NCBI GenBank assembly: GCA_038087875.1
Contig: CM075989.1
Location: forward strand, 19,408,001-19,472,000
Source of the DNA: Malacoraja senta
Lineage: Eukaryota
Direction of reading: 5' to 3'
DNA length: 64,000 nt
Below are positions 1 through 12,150 of the stretch, piece after piece. The position numbers and the translations under genes are program-made. Position 1 is the first letter of the stretch, and each line of letters begins with the position of its first letter. Under the pieces are notes generated by a model. It did not search any database. It was not told where the DNA came from and saw only the letters and a program-made list of their open reading frames with translations.

Positions 1-1226
1 TACCGCCACAACAGATAAACGGTGGATGCGATCTCGCTGGCTCTCACTCCGCTCTGGACCACTTGGACAACAAAAACACATATGTCAGGCTGTTATTCAT
101 TGACTACAGCTCGGCATTTAATACAATCATCCCTCCAAGCTGATTACCAAGCTCTCAGAACTGGGTCTCTGCGCATCCCTCTGCAATTGGATCCTCGACT
201 TCCTCATTCACAGACCAGTCTGTTCGTATTGGTGTAAATGTGTCAGCCTCGATAGCAACACGGGAGCACCTCAAGGCTGCGTGCTCAGCCCCCTGCTGTA
301 CTCACTCTATACTCATGACTGCATAGCCGGTCATAGTGCGAACTCCATCATCAAGTTTGCCAACGACACCACTGTTGTGGGACGTATCACTGATGGGGAC
401 GAGTCAGAGTATAGAAGTGAGATCGACCGATTGACAAAATGGTGCCAGCACAATAACCTGGCTCAACACCAGCAAAAGCAAGGAACTGATTGTAGACTTT
501 GGAAGGGGTAGGATGGGGACCCACAGTCCTGTTTATATCAACGGGTCGATGGTGGAGAGGGTCAAGAGCTTCAAATTCCTGGGCGTGCACATCTCTGAAG
601 ATCTCTCCTGGTCCCAGAACACTGATGCAATTATAAAGTAAGCACATCAGCGCCTCTACTTCCTGAGAAGATTACGGAGAGTCGGTATGTCAAGGAGACT
701 CTCTAACTTCTACAGGTGCACAGTAGAGAGCATGCTGACCGGTTGCATCGTGGCTTGGTTCGGCAACTTGAGCGCCCAGGAGCGGAAAAGACTGCAAAAA
801 GTTGTAAACACTGCCCAGTCCATCATCGTCTCTGACCTCCCTTCCATCGAGGGGATCTATCGCAGTCGCTGCCTCAAAATGCATCATCAAGGATCCACAC
901 CATCCTGGCCACTCACTCATCTCCCCGCTGTCCTCAGGTAGAAGGTACAGGAGCCTGAAATCTGCAACATCCAGGTTCAGGAACAGCTACTTCCCCACAG
1001 CCATCAGGCTATTAAACTCAACTCATACAAAAATCTGAACTTTCATAGCCTATTGCACTTTATCTGCTTATTTTTGTGTGTGTATATATATATTCAATGG
1101 TATATGGTCACACTGATCTGTTCTGTATTCATGCCTTCTATATTCTGTTGTGCTGAAGCAAAGCAAGAATTCCATTGTCCTATCTGGGACACATGACCAT
1201 AAACTCTCTTGAATCTTGAATCTTGA
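1..1226 (+). mobile_element. Rex1/Babar-clade LINE, 3' part (frameshifted RT remnant plus 3' tail); runs off window start
   Basis: Across frames: [21 protein letters not shown]...LCNWILDFL, GAPQGCVLSPLLYSLYTHDC...IIKFANDT (FADD-like), FYRCTVESMLTGCIVAWFGN. Ends in a (TCTTGAA)n tail at ~1207-1226. Confidence 0.9.
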
Positions 1227-1614
1227 GCAGTTTCAGTACATATGACAGTTAAACACTCTTGATTCTTGTCTGTTCAAGAATGTATTTGGTTTTCAACCCT
1301 TAGCTGCCATCCTGTGGTTGTAGCTGACATTACAATTCATAACAATGGTTGCCAGAAATGAATTTAAAACCCCCCACTATCAGTAGCTTCATAGCAGATA
1401 TTTTTTTCCACACTTGTGTGCCAAGAGCTCCCTGTAAACATTAAAACACTTGTGGACACGAAAGTTAGGTCTTCCATGCAACAAGTTAGTCAGTGATCAA
1501 AATGAAAAACAGTCAAAGCTGTTGAAGATGTTGAGATGCAGCCACAGGTGAAAAGGCACACACTATTAAAATCTTGTATTATTTATTTATAGGTGTTCAG
1601 TTTTAGCTTTTCTT

Positions 1615-4600
1615 TTTTTTTTTTTGAAAATATTTTTATTGGAGATAAGTACACAACCTATTAACATCATTACAGTCTTACATTTTTGAATTGATAATAT
1701 TGTCAATTATTATTACATTGTCTCCAATACCTTTTGCCTTTTTTTGTTTTTTTTTAAACTAGATAGAACTAAAAAGATAGATAAAGTAAAGAAAGAAAAG
1801 AGAGAAGAAAAGAGAGAAAAAGAAAAAAAAAAAGAAAAAAACAAAACAAAAAACAAAAAACAAAAAACAAAACAGAAAAGAAAAAGATAGTTAAAGAAGA
1901 ATGGAAAAATTTATTAAAATAAAAAACTTCATTCGAGATATATTCGTACATTCCAGAGTATAGCATTTCATCCATTCTTTAGCTCGAGTGTTAATCAGGT
2001 TCTTGTGCCAAACCATTCTGACCCTTTAAATAATCAATAAAGGGAGACCATGTTCCAACGAATAATTCCTGTTTATCCAACAGGGAAAATCTGATTCTTT
2101 CCACGTTTAAGGTCTCCGTCATTTCTATAATCCACATTTTGATTGTGGGGGTTATAGGGCCTTTCCAAACTTTTAGAATTAATTTGTTTCCTGTTATTAT
2201 ACTATAATCAATAAAGTTTCTTTGTGTTGTTGTAAATGTTTGATTTAATTCTAATGTTCCGAGTATTATTAATTTTGGATCCGGGTCCAATTGTGTGCTA
2301 GTCACTTTAGATATTATACTAAAAATATTTACCCAGAATTTTTTAATTTTTTATACAGTTTGCAAACATATGAGATAAGGTAGCTTCTAAATGTTGACAT
2401 TTATCACATATAGGTGAGATATGTTGAAAGATTTTATGTAATTTTGTTTTTGAATAATGTAACCTATGTATTACTTTAAATTGTATTAAAGAATGTCTGG
2501 CATTTAATGAACATTGATGTATGTGTTGTAAACTTTCTTCCCAAGTATCTTTCGTTATTATTTGATTTAATTATTTTTCCCATGTTTGTCTGTGTAAGTC
2601 CGTCGATGGAATGTCACTGTCTAATAAAATATATATATAAGTTATTAATTTTTCTGTATTAGGATGTTTATTCCAACATTCGTCAAGAATGTCTGAATTT
2701 CTAATTCGAAAATTTTGAGTATTCGATTTTACATAATCTCCGAGTTGAAGATATCTGAAAAAATAATTTCCTCGGAGTCCATAAGTCTGTTGCAACTCCT
2801 GAAATGTCAGAAAAGTGCCTTCCTTGTAAAGTTGTCCCATATTTTTAATTCCATAATTCTTCCATTGTGTAAAACCCCTGTCCAACCATGAGGGCTTAAA
2901 CAAAGGGTTATTCACAATTGGAAGAAAAAGTGATAAATTATCTAATTTTAATGTCTTTTTTAATTGTTTCCAAATTCGTATAGCACTAAATATTATAGGG
3001 TTTTCCCCATACATTTTTTGTTTAATTTAGACGTAGCAAATAATATCGAGCCGATATCAAAAGGTAAACAATCTTCCTTTTCCATTTTTAACCAATCTGG
3101 TTGTTGATCTATTTCTTCCAACCAGAAATTCATATTTTTAATATTAACTGCCCAAAAATAAAACAGAAAGTTGGGTAAAACCAAGCCTCCATTTATTTTT
3201 GATTTACACAAATGTCTTTGTTTATCCTATGATTCTTATAATCCCAGATAAAATCATTAACAATGGAATCCAATTTAAAAAAAAAGTTTTTTGACAAATA
3301 TATCGGAATTGTCTGGAAAAGGTATAATATTTGCGGTAAAAAAATCATTTTTATGGCATTAATTTTGCCAACCATTGAGATAGGAAGTGTTTTCCAATAT
3401 TGAATATTCTTATGTAGTTTGTTCAGTAATGGGGGAAAATTTGCTTTAAATAATGATGTATATATCTTAGTTACGTAAATACCTAGGTATTTAAATTTTT
3501 CATTTACTATTTTAAATGGAAATTGTTGTATTATCTGTTTGTTGTGTTCCCTTATTGGCATAATTTCACTTTTATTCCAATTTATTCTGTATCCTGAGAG
3601 TGAACCAAATTGGGTTATTAGCTTTAATAAGTTTGGAATACTAATTTCTGGTTTTGTAATGTAAATTAGTACATCATCTGCGTATAGAGAAATTTTATTC
3701 ACTGTGTCCTTTGTGTTATACCCATGTATTTCCGGATGACCCCTAACTCTTTCTGCGAGTGGCTCAATAGCAAGGGCAAATAATAATGGAGATAACGGGC
3801 ATCCTTGTCTACAACCTCTAGATAGGCTGAATTTAGATGACAACCTTTGGTTTGTTAATATTCTAGCCGTAGGGTTTGTATATAACAGTTTTATCCATGT
3901 GCAGAATTTCTCCCCTAGCTGCATATTTTCCATCACCGAAAATAAATAAGACCATTCAACCTGATCAAATGCTTTTTCAGCGTCAAGTGAGATTATTGCT
4001 AGATCTTCATTAATAATTCTCTTAGAATAAATAATATTAAATAATCTTCTTAGATTATAATAGGAGTACCGTTTCTGAATAAAGCCTGTTTGGTCAGGGT
4101 GTATTAATTTATTCATCACTGTACTTAATCTATGCGCTAGTATTTTAGTTAATATTTTCTGATCTGTATTTAAAAGTGCAATTGCTCTATATGATCCCGG
4201 ATCTTCCGGATCTTTATCAACTTTAGGAATAAGTGTTATTATAGATTCATTTAAAGTATCTGGAAGTTTCTGTTGAGTATAGATATGCTCATACACCCTT
4301 TGTAAACGTGGGGAGAGCAAGTCATACATTTTTTTTATAGAATTCAGAGCCTAAACCATCTGGTCCTACTGCTTTACCATTTTTTAAAGAGCCAATAGAC
4401 TCCTCAATATCCTTTATCGTAATCTCCCTTTCTAATAATTCTCTATCGTTTGAATCTAAACCTTTTAAATTACATTTTAATAAAAAATCTGCTATTCCTT
4501 CTGGTTGTACTACAGTTTTAGTTGAATAAAGATTATGATAGTATTGGAGAAATCTTTCATTTATATCCTTGGGCATTTTTAATAATTCTCCTGTCTCTGT

Positions 4601-4823
4601 TCTAATTTTATGAATTATTTTTTCCCCTTCCATTTTTCGTAACTGACGTGCTAATAGTTTTTGTGGTTTGTCTCCAAACTCAAAATGTAATTGTTTGGTT
4701 TTTTGATAAAGTTTTATTACTTGTTCTGAATACATTGTTTAATTTATATTTCAATACAGCAATTTTATTATGTTTTAAAATAGATGGCATTCTCGCATTT
4801 TCTATATCTAGTTGCTTGATTGA
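1615..4823 (-). mobile_element. 5'-truncated L1-clade LINE (ORF2 RT and C-terminus, a few frameshifts) with polyA tail and candidate TSD
   Basis: ORF pieces 4322-4735, 3193-4329 (DPGSYRAIALLN, SLDAEKAFD, RGCRQGCPLSP, SLYADD), 2993-3211, 2571-3014 and 1991-2305. Minus-strand AATAAA near 1635-1640 and polyT at 1614-1625. Flanking direct repeat TTTTAGCTTTT(T)CT at 1601-1614 and 4824-4836. Confidence 0.93.
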
Positions 4824-4949
4824 TTTTAGCTTTTCTGTGATGATTAATCATCGAGTCACCCAGCACAGAAACAGGCCCTTCGACCCATCTAAGCTGGTCC
4901 AATTTGCCAAGGCCTGGCCCATATCCCTCTCAGTCATCTCCCCACCCCC

Positions 4950-5085
4950 TATCAGTCTGAAAAAGGGTTTCGGCCCGAAACGTTGCCCATTTCCTTCGCT
5001 CCATAGATGCTGCTGCACCCGCTGAGTTTCTCCAGCATTTTTGTGTACCTTCGATTTTCCAGCATCTGCAGTTCCTTCTTTAACA
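4950..5085 (+). mobile_element. Penelope-derived short element, single arm, hammerhead core mutated (CTGAAAAAG)
   Basis: Matches the family ...GGGTTTCGGCCCGAAACGTTGCC...CTCCATAGATGCTGC...GCATCTGCAGTTCCTTC seen many times in the window. Confidence 0.75.
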
Positions 5086-5128
5086 CATTTCCTATCCATG
5101 TACCTGAAAATATCTTCTAAATGTTGTT

Positions 5129-5352
5129 TTTAAGAAGGAACTGCAGATGCTGGAAAATCAAAGGTAGACAAAAGTGCTGGAGAAACTCAGCGGGTGCAGC
5201 AGCATCTATGGAGTGAAGGAAATAGGCAACGTTTTCGGCCCGAAACGTTGCCTATTTCCTTCCCTTTCAGGTTTCGGCCCGAAACGTTGCCTATTTCCTT
5301 CGCTCCATAGATGCTGCTGCACCCGCTGAGTTTCTCCAGCACTTTTGTCTAC
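5129..5352. mobile_element. Palindromic Penelope-derived mini-element with 15-bp TSD
   Basis: Inverted arms, flanked by CTTCTAAATGTTGTT at 5114-5128 and 5353-5367. Inserted in a CR1 3' fragment. Confidence 0.85.
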
Positions 5353-5663
5353 CTTCTAAATGTTGTTATTGTACCTGCCACAACTACTTCCTCTGGCATC
5401 AAAGAACCTCTATTTCTGTGCCTGACTCCCATGTTTTAAGTTGCTGCAGATTTGGTCAGTTGAACTGAAATAAGGATGATCGTGCAAGATGTTGGAGGGC
5501 ATCTTGCATCAGCCCCAAACTTGGTGGGTTGTGGTCTCCCACTGCAAGACGCTCCCCATAACTAAAGGCTGGCATTGGCCGTTGTTCAGGGCCATGTGTT
5601 GAAGGACACAGTAGAGCCAATGTGGTTACCTTGAAGAGAATGAGAATAGATTACACCTACCTT

Positions 5664-6081
5664 CACTGGAGTTTAGAAGGATGAGGGGCAAATCTTATAG
5701 AAACATATAAATTTATAAAAGGACTGGACAAGCTAGATGCAGGGAAAATGTTCCCAATGTTGGGCGAGACCAGAACCAGGGGCCACAGTCTTAGAATAAA
5801 GGGGAGGTCATTTAAGACCGAGGTGAGAAAAAACTTTTTCACCCAGAGAGTTGTGAATTTATGGAATTCCCTGCCACAGAGGGTAGTGGAGGCCAAGTTA
5901 CTGGATGGATTTAAGAGAGAGTTGGATAGAGCTCTAGGGGCTAGTGGAGTCAAGGGATATGGGGAGAAGGCAGGCACGGGTTATTGATAGGGGACGATCA
6001 GCTGTGATCACAATGAATGGCGGTGCTGGCTCGAAGGGCCGAATGGCCTCCTCCTGCACCAATTTTCTATGTTTCTATGTT
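5664..6081 (+). mobile_element. CR1-type LINE 3' fragment
   Basis: ...TRGHSLRIKGRSFKTEVRKNFFTQRVVNLWNSLP... followed by 3'UTR and a (TTCTATGT)n tail. Confidence 0.9.
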
Positions 6082-6256
6082 ACCGGATCTCCCGGTTGCT
6101 GCTTTAATTATGCTTCCCATCCCAACACAAACCTTTCTGTCCTCCGGTCTCCTCCATTGTCAGAGCGAGGCTAAACGCAAATTGGAGGAACAGCAACTCG
6201 TATTTCGCCTGGGCAGCTTACAGCCCAGAGGTATGAATATTGATTTCTCTCACATT
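6082..6256 (+). mobile_element. Penelope-like element, GIY-YIG endonuclease C-terminal remnant
   Basis: PDLPVA...GLLHCQSEAKRKLEEQQLVFRLGSLQPRGMNIDFS is the typical end of a PLE ORF. Homologous to 46590-46770 (minus). Confidence 0.8.
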
Positions 6257-6599
6257 AATGGAGCATTAGTTTTTGTTCCGCTGGATTTCTCTCCCCTTTG
6301 CAGCATTGAATTTGCTTTCAGTAAATAACTGATTGTCTTGCCTCTATCCAAAGACCAACAATAACAATGAACAGGTACGCCTACCATTTGGTAACTTCAT
6401 AATCGTTGCTGCATCGTGCTATAATTCCACACACGACTCAATCACTTCCCATACTCCAAACATCAATCCCACTAAAAATATCTCTCTCCCTTTTAAAAAT
6501 AATTGCCATGATATTAAATGCAACATCAAGGGAGTGAGCTACTGTGACAGACAAGCATTCCTGCCCATATGATCTTCCACAAAGCATCGAACACCTCGA

Positions 6600-6748
6600 T
6601 AGACATAAGATGCTGGAATAACGCAGCGGGACTTGCAGCGTCTCTGGAGAGAAGGATGGGTGACGTTTCGGGTTGAGACCCTTCTTCAGAGATGCTGCCT
6701 GGGTCCATATTCAGTGTGAACCAGCATCTACAGTTCCTTCTAACACAT
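6600..6748. mobile_element. Penelope-derived mini-element, partly palindromic, minus-strand hammerhead motif at ~6658-6690
   Basis: GTGACGTTTCGGGTTGAGACCCTTCTTCAG. Flanked by the near-TSD GAACACCT(C/A)GAT. Confidence 0.75.
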
Positions 6749-7224
6749 TGAACACCTAGATTATACGCACACTAATCCATGTCTGCAGTTTCTGCAAGGC
6801 ATTGAAGGTGGAGGGCCAGAGTACATTTACAACAAAATCCAAATTAAAATAGCAGCAAGTACAATTCACTTAGACACCACTAACGAGAGCAAAGATTGGT
6901 TAAATATGCCATGTGCCCTGATAGAATACTGTCCCTTTCTATATTTTTTAAATTCCATGTCTTAATAGAACAGAAAATAAAGCTCCCTAAATCATCTCTC
7001 CACACTCCAGCATATGGATGTGTTCTGCCAACCAATATATCAGCATTTGGTGATCGGTATTGGTAGTGCTTTTTCTGGTGGACAAAAAGGAGCCAGTATG
7101 CATGATTTATGAACAGGTGTATCAAATGGAAAATGATAATAATGACATGTAATCTTATTTTTTTGAAATTGATGTGCAAATACACCATGTCAGTGAGGAC
7201 CATCTCTCAAAAAAGGACCAGATA

Positions 7225-7490
7225 TTGGTTTATTGTTGTCACGCCAGAGTCCCGGGTTTGATCCCGACCATGGGTGCTGTCTGTACAGAGTTTTTACGTT
7301 TTCCCTGTGATCGCATGGGGTGCTCTGGTTTCCTCCCACATTCCAAAGATGTGTAGGTTTTAGATTAATTGGCTTCTGTTAGTTGCCCCGTGTACATAGT
7401 GTGCTAAAGTAGGATAATATAGAACTAGTGCACGACTGATCATTGATCGATGGGTCTAAGGGCCCTTTTCCACATGTTTCTTCTGAACTA
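7225..7490 (+). mobile_element. tRNA-derived V-SINE (HE1-like)
   Basis: B-box-like CCGGGTTTGATCCC, then the V-domain core GGGTGCTCTGGTTTCCTCCCACATTCCAAAGATGTG. Confidence 0.75.
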
Positions 7491-9159
7491 CACGTGGACT
7501 GGAATGTGAAGCTGAGGTTACAATCAGATCAGCCATGATCTTACTAAATGCTAAAGCAGGCTTGAAGATCCAAACGGCTTCTTAATTCATTTGACATGAT
7601 TTTGTTTCCAGCATCTGCAGTTTGGCTTTGTAAATCTAGAGTACCATGTACATTTCCGGTCACCATGCCAGCGGGAGAATATGCTTGGGGCAAGATCGGA
7701 CTTTACAGATATTTGGAAGTTGCAATATGGACCGTGGCGACTCTCTGCCTGCTGTTCCAGAAGAGGATCTATTGTACTCGTGTATAGTAAGATTGAACTG
7801 GACAGTATGCAGAGCACACATTTTGCTGTATATTTATTGACCAGAAAATAAATAAACTAAACTAAAAGAGATTTACAAGGTTAGATGTAGAAACAAGGAA
7901 CTACGGATGCTGGTTTACGAGAAAAACAAGACAGTGCTGGAGAAACTCAGTGGGTCGGGCAACATCTTTGGAGAACATCCTGATTCTCCAGAGATACTAT
8001 CTGACCCATTGAGTTACTTTGGCATTTTGTGTCTTAAAAAAAAATTTTTTTTTTTAATTTACAAGGCTGTTGGCCTGCTTGAGGAATTTTTGCTACAATG
8101 GAAATACTGGCTTGATTGGAACTGATTTATTAGGAACAGAGACATGGGGAGAATTAACACAGGTCTTTAAAATTGACACTCTTTGATAGAGAGGAGCAAG
8201 GATCCATTAAGGAGGTCAATAATGAGGGAGCATGGATTTAACTTAATTAGTGGAAGGGTTAAGAGAAAAAGATTTTCATCTCGAGATGGATGAGGGTTAG
8301 AACTTAACACCTCTGCTGGTGGTGGAGATAAAAAACCTATCAAGTTTAAAATGTCACCGAGCCCAACAGCAGGGAAACAGGCCCCTTGGCCCCATAGTGA
8401 GGCAAGGAATGGTTAATGTAGTTTAATAATAATAAGTGTGAGGTGTTGCATTCAGGGGAAGTCAGAACCAGGGCAGGACCTTCACAGTGAACAGTAGGCC
8501 TCTGGGGAATGCTGTGGAGCAGAGGGATCTAGGAGTACAAGTTCATAGTTGCATTAAAGTAGCGTTGCGGGTAGATAGTGTGTTGAAGGCAGCTTTTGGT
8601 GGGCTGCCTTTCATCCATCACGAAGTTGAGTACAGAAGCTGCCTGCATTTGGCCCAGAGCCCACTAAACCTTCAATTATTTAACCAGGGCAATATAGATT
8701 TATCAGATGCTACCATACTCTCTCAGCATTCCCCTTCAAAGCAGCTGGCTTCCACTTTCAGATCAGTTCATTGCCAGTTCAAGATATTTTCTAAAGATCT
8801 GCTCTTGGAGCAAGTCTTTTGAACACCACGGGGCTTCTGGCAAGCTCTGTATGACTCTTGTGGCCATGTTATTTTGTGGTTCTGATTTATTATTGGAAAC
8901 AGCAGAGCACAATTTGGAGTGGGAAATAACTGCGTTGCCTTGCACCCAATTACTTACTCCCTGCAGTCAGGAAAGCTTTATGCCTGCAGACTTTCATTGT
9001 GATATCTGAAATAATTTGCAATCTGCTGACAAATACAGATGTCTCGCAGACCACGCCCAGATATTATTCTTTAGCACAAAGTAAATCTACATCAAGCGGC
9101 AATAATTGGGAAACTTCACCCTCATTTACTAATCTGGTGGAAATGTACTTTGGAGATAC

Positions 9160-9595
9160 AGCATGGAAACAGACCCTTTAGCCCAGAGTCCACGCCAGTC
9201 ACTGATTACTCCGTACACCAAAACTATCTTATGCAATAGGGACAATTGATAGATTCTTCATTAGTGCAGGTGTCAGAGGTTATAGGGAGAAGGCAGGAGA
9301 ATGGGGTTGAGAGGGGAATATATATCAGCCATCATTGAATGACGGCGTAGACTTGATGAGCTGAATTCTGCTCCTATAACTTATGAACTTGTGACAAGGT
9401 ACAATTTTACCAAAGCCAATTAACTTACAAACCTGCACATCCTTGGAATGTGGGACAAAACCAGAGCACCCAGAGAAAACCCACGTGGTCACAGGGGGAT
9501 CGTACAAACTCCATACAGACAGCACATGTAGTCCGGATCGAACCCAAATCTCTGGCATTGTAAGGCAGCAGCCCTGTAGCTGGAATATTGCGGCA
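9160..9595 (-). mobile_element. V-SINE (HE1-like) interrupted by a CR1 3' fragment (~9250-9390, +)
   Basis: Reverse V-domain core at ~9430-9520, B-box GGGTTCGATCC at ~9535-9546 and internal CR1 tail sequence. Confidence 0.7.
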
Positions 9596-9984
9596 CAAAG
9601 CTGGAGGGTCTGTTCTGTGCTATACCTTGTTCCAAGAGGCTGCAGATGCTGAAATCTTAAGCAAAACACAAAGGAATTCAGTGAGTCAGGCAGCATCTGT
9701 GGAGGGAATGGACAGACGATGTTTTGGGGTGGGATATTTCATCACATATTGACTCTTGCAATATTGGTTTGAATGTCATATGTCCAAGAGGAATTGGATT
9801 CATTAAAAGGTGAAACTGGGGTAGATAATTATTGAAATGTGGAGAAGTCCTTATTTGGGCGTAACATAATGAATTGGAATGTATAAGTACACCTGCAAAT
9901 CAGATCTGAAAAACTAGCCCCTACTCTGGTAAATTGGTGTTCATGTCTATGAAATGAGACCAATATTTACATAACAGCAGCTAT

Positions 9985-10180
9985 TTAGACATAAAAAGCT
10001 GGAGTAACTCAGCAGGACAGGCAGCATCTCTGGAGAGAAGGAATGGGAGAAGTTTCAAGTCTCGACCCAAAACATCACCCATTCCTTCTCTCCAGAGATG
10101 CTGCCTGTCCCGTTGAGTTACTCCAGCTTGTTGCACCTATCTTTGGTTTAAACCAGCATCTGCAGTTCCTTCCTACACAC
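9985..10180. mobile_element. Palindromic Penelope-derived mini-element
   Basis: Inverted arms GCTGGAGTAACTCA...CAGCATCTCTGGAGAGAAGGAATGGG and its reverse complement. Near-TSD CAGCTA(T/C)TTAGA. Confidence 0.8.
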
Positions 10181-10404
10181 ATCAGCTACTTAGATTTTAT
10201 TTTCCAAGTGGACATTTGAGACAAAGACTAACAAGAACATTCAAATAGTAGTTAATCCTAGAATTTTTACCAAAGGTGCCTCGGGGGTGTTGTGGAGCAG
10301 AGGGGTCTTGTAGTACAAGTACACAGGTGCTGGGGAAAAGTTGTCTTGAACCTGGACTTTCAGGCTCCTGTACCTTCTTCCAAATGGTAGTAGTGAAATG
10401 TATA

Positions 10405-10500
10405 TCAGTCTGAAGAAGGGTTTCGGCCCGAAACTTTGCCTATTTCCTTCGCTCCATAGATGCTGCCGCACCCACTGAGTTTCTCCAGCACTTTTGTCTA
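10405..10500 (+). mobile_element. Penelope-derived arm with hammerhead motif, inserted in a Rex1 3' fragment (~10325-10560, minus)
   Basis: AGTCTGAAGAAGGGTTTCGGCCCGAAACTTTGCC. Flanks resemble the reverse complement of the Rex1 3' end at 890-1000. Confidence 0.75.
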
Positions 10501-10561
10501 TGTAGTGAAATGAGAGCGTGGCTAGGGTAGTGTGTGTTATTGAGGATGCTGGCTGCCTTTT

Positions 10562-11312
10562 TTGCCTGCAGTCATAACATAGAATAAATAACAGAAACAC
10601 ACACTCAACACAGTTTAACATCCACCACAGTGAGTCCACCAGGCACCTCCTCACTGTGATGGAAGGCAAAAAGTCCCAAAGTCCATGTCTCTTCCCTCCT
10701 TGCTCTCCCTCTGCATTGAGGCGATCCAGGCCTCCGATGTTGTGACCCCGCCGGGTGATGGTAAGTAAGTCCTGCGGCTGAATCCGAACGGGCCGGTTCA
10801 AACTCCGCGGCCCAGGGCGGTCGAAGCTGCCGCCCTCCAGTCCAGCGGACGCAGCTGTTGTTGCGGGAGCTACGGAAAAACAGGTCACCAACCTGTGACC
10901 TGCGAGCTCCCGACAATGTCGTCCACTGGCCCTCGCCGAGCCTCCGAGGCTCCGAAGTCGGGTCGGAAGTCGGGTCGCAACGCCACCACAGCCCCGAAGT
11001 CGGCCAGCCCCGCGCTGCTGGCAAGTCCCGGCTAGCTCTGCCTCCCGAGCCCCGAGGTCGGTCCCAGTTGGAGGCCGCCAGCTCCGCGATACGCCTCAGC
11101 GCAGACGGAGATGGAGACGGAGACGGGAGATACGGCAAGAAAGGTCGCATCCCCCCCGAAGAGCCAAAATACATGCTTCTCCCACCCCCCCCCCCCCCCC
11201 ACACATACACAACTAAAATAAACCAAAAACAAACCGCAACAACTGGACAAAAGAAAACAAAAAAAGAAAAGACAAACGGACTGCAGGCGAGCCGCAGCTG
11301 CAAGGCAGCACC
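10562..11312 (-). mobile_element. GC/CpG-rich probable interspersed element of unassigned family
   Basis: Sharp GC/CpG-rich block in AT-rich surroundings, with internal short duplications and a poly-C tract. No recognisable protein. Confidence 0.4.
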
Positions 11313-11677
11313 TCCTACAGATCCCTTCAATGGTAACAAAGTCCATACCTATGGTAGACTCAGTAAATGGCTCTAAATTTTCTGTTCAGCCTTCACTGAA
11401 TTTAAAAATAATTCCAACTTTCTTTTTATATTAAATGTCACATCAAATGAGAATGTGAAGTCAATAAGTGTTCGCAGGCAAGGTATCCTTATCAGGGCAG
11501 ACACCCCAATGAAGCATGGTGCACAACTCTCATCTCCAAGGCCATGAGAATCATCTGCTGTACTTTGGTTAAGTTCTCACCCAACTCAACCCACATCTTC
11601 CCTTTACCTACTGTATCAGGATGAGGTGAAGTTGATTCACACCAATACTCTAAATCTAATATTCATGCACTCACAAA

Positions 11678-12150
11678 TAGAAACATAGAAAATAGGTGGA
11701 GTAGGCCATTCGGCCCTTCGAGCCTGCATCGCCATTCAATATGATCATGGCTGATCATCCAACTCAGTATCCCGTACCTACCTTCTCTCCATACCCCCCG
11801 ATTCCCTTAGCCACAAGGGCCACATCTAACTCCCTCTTAAATATAGCCAATGAACTGGCCTCAACTACCTTCTGTGGCAGAGAATTCCAGAGATTCACCA
11901 CTCTGTGTGAAAAATGTTTGTCTCATCTCGGTCCTAAAAGACTTCCCCCTTATCCTTAAACTGTGACCCCTTGTTCTGGACTTCCCCAACATCGGGAACA
12001 ATCTTCCTGCATCTAGCCTGTCCAACCCCTTAAGAATTTTGTAAGTTTCTATAAGATCCCCCCTCAATCTTCTAAATTCTAGCGAGTACAAGCCGAGTCT
12101 ATCCAGTCTTTCTTCATATGAAAGTCCTGACATCCCAGGAATCAGTCTGG
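11678..12150 (-). mobile_element. CR1-type LINE 3' fragment
   Basis: TRLIPGMSGLSYEERLDRLGLYSLEFRRLRGDLIETYKI...TRGHSLRI and a TAGAAACATAGAAA tail. Confidence 0.92.

Noticed and set aside
5129..5352. Palindromic elements as DNA-transposon MITEs
   Set aside because: TSD lengths vary, arms are unequal, and one copy is contiguous with a Penelope endonuclease remnant, all pointing to retroelement origin.
10605..11376. Overlapping 244-aa and 172-aa ORFs
   Set aside because: Low-complexity by-products of GC-rich sequence with no recognisable domain.
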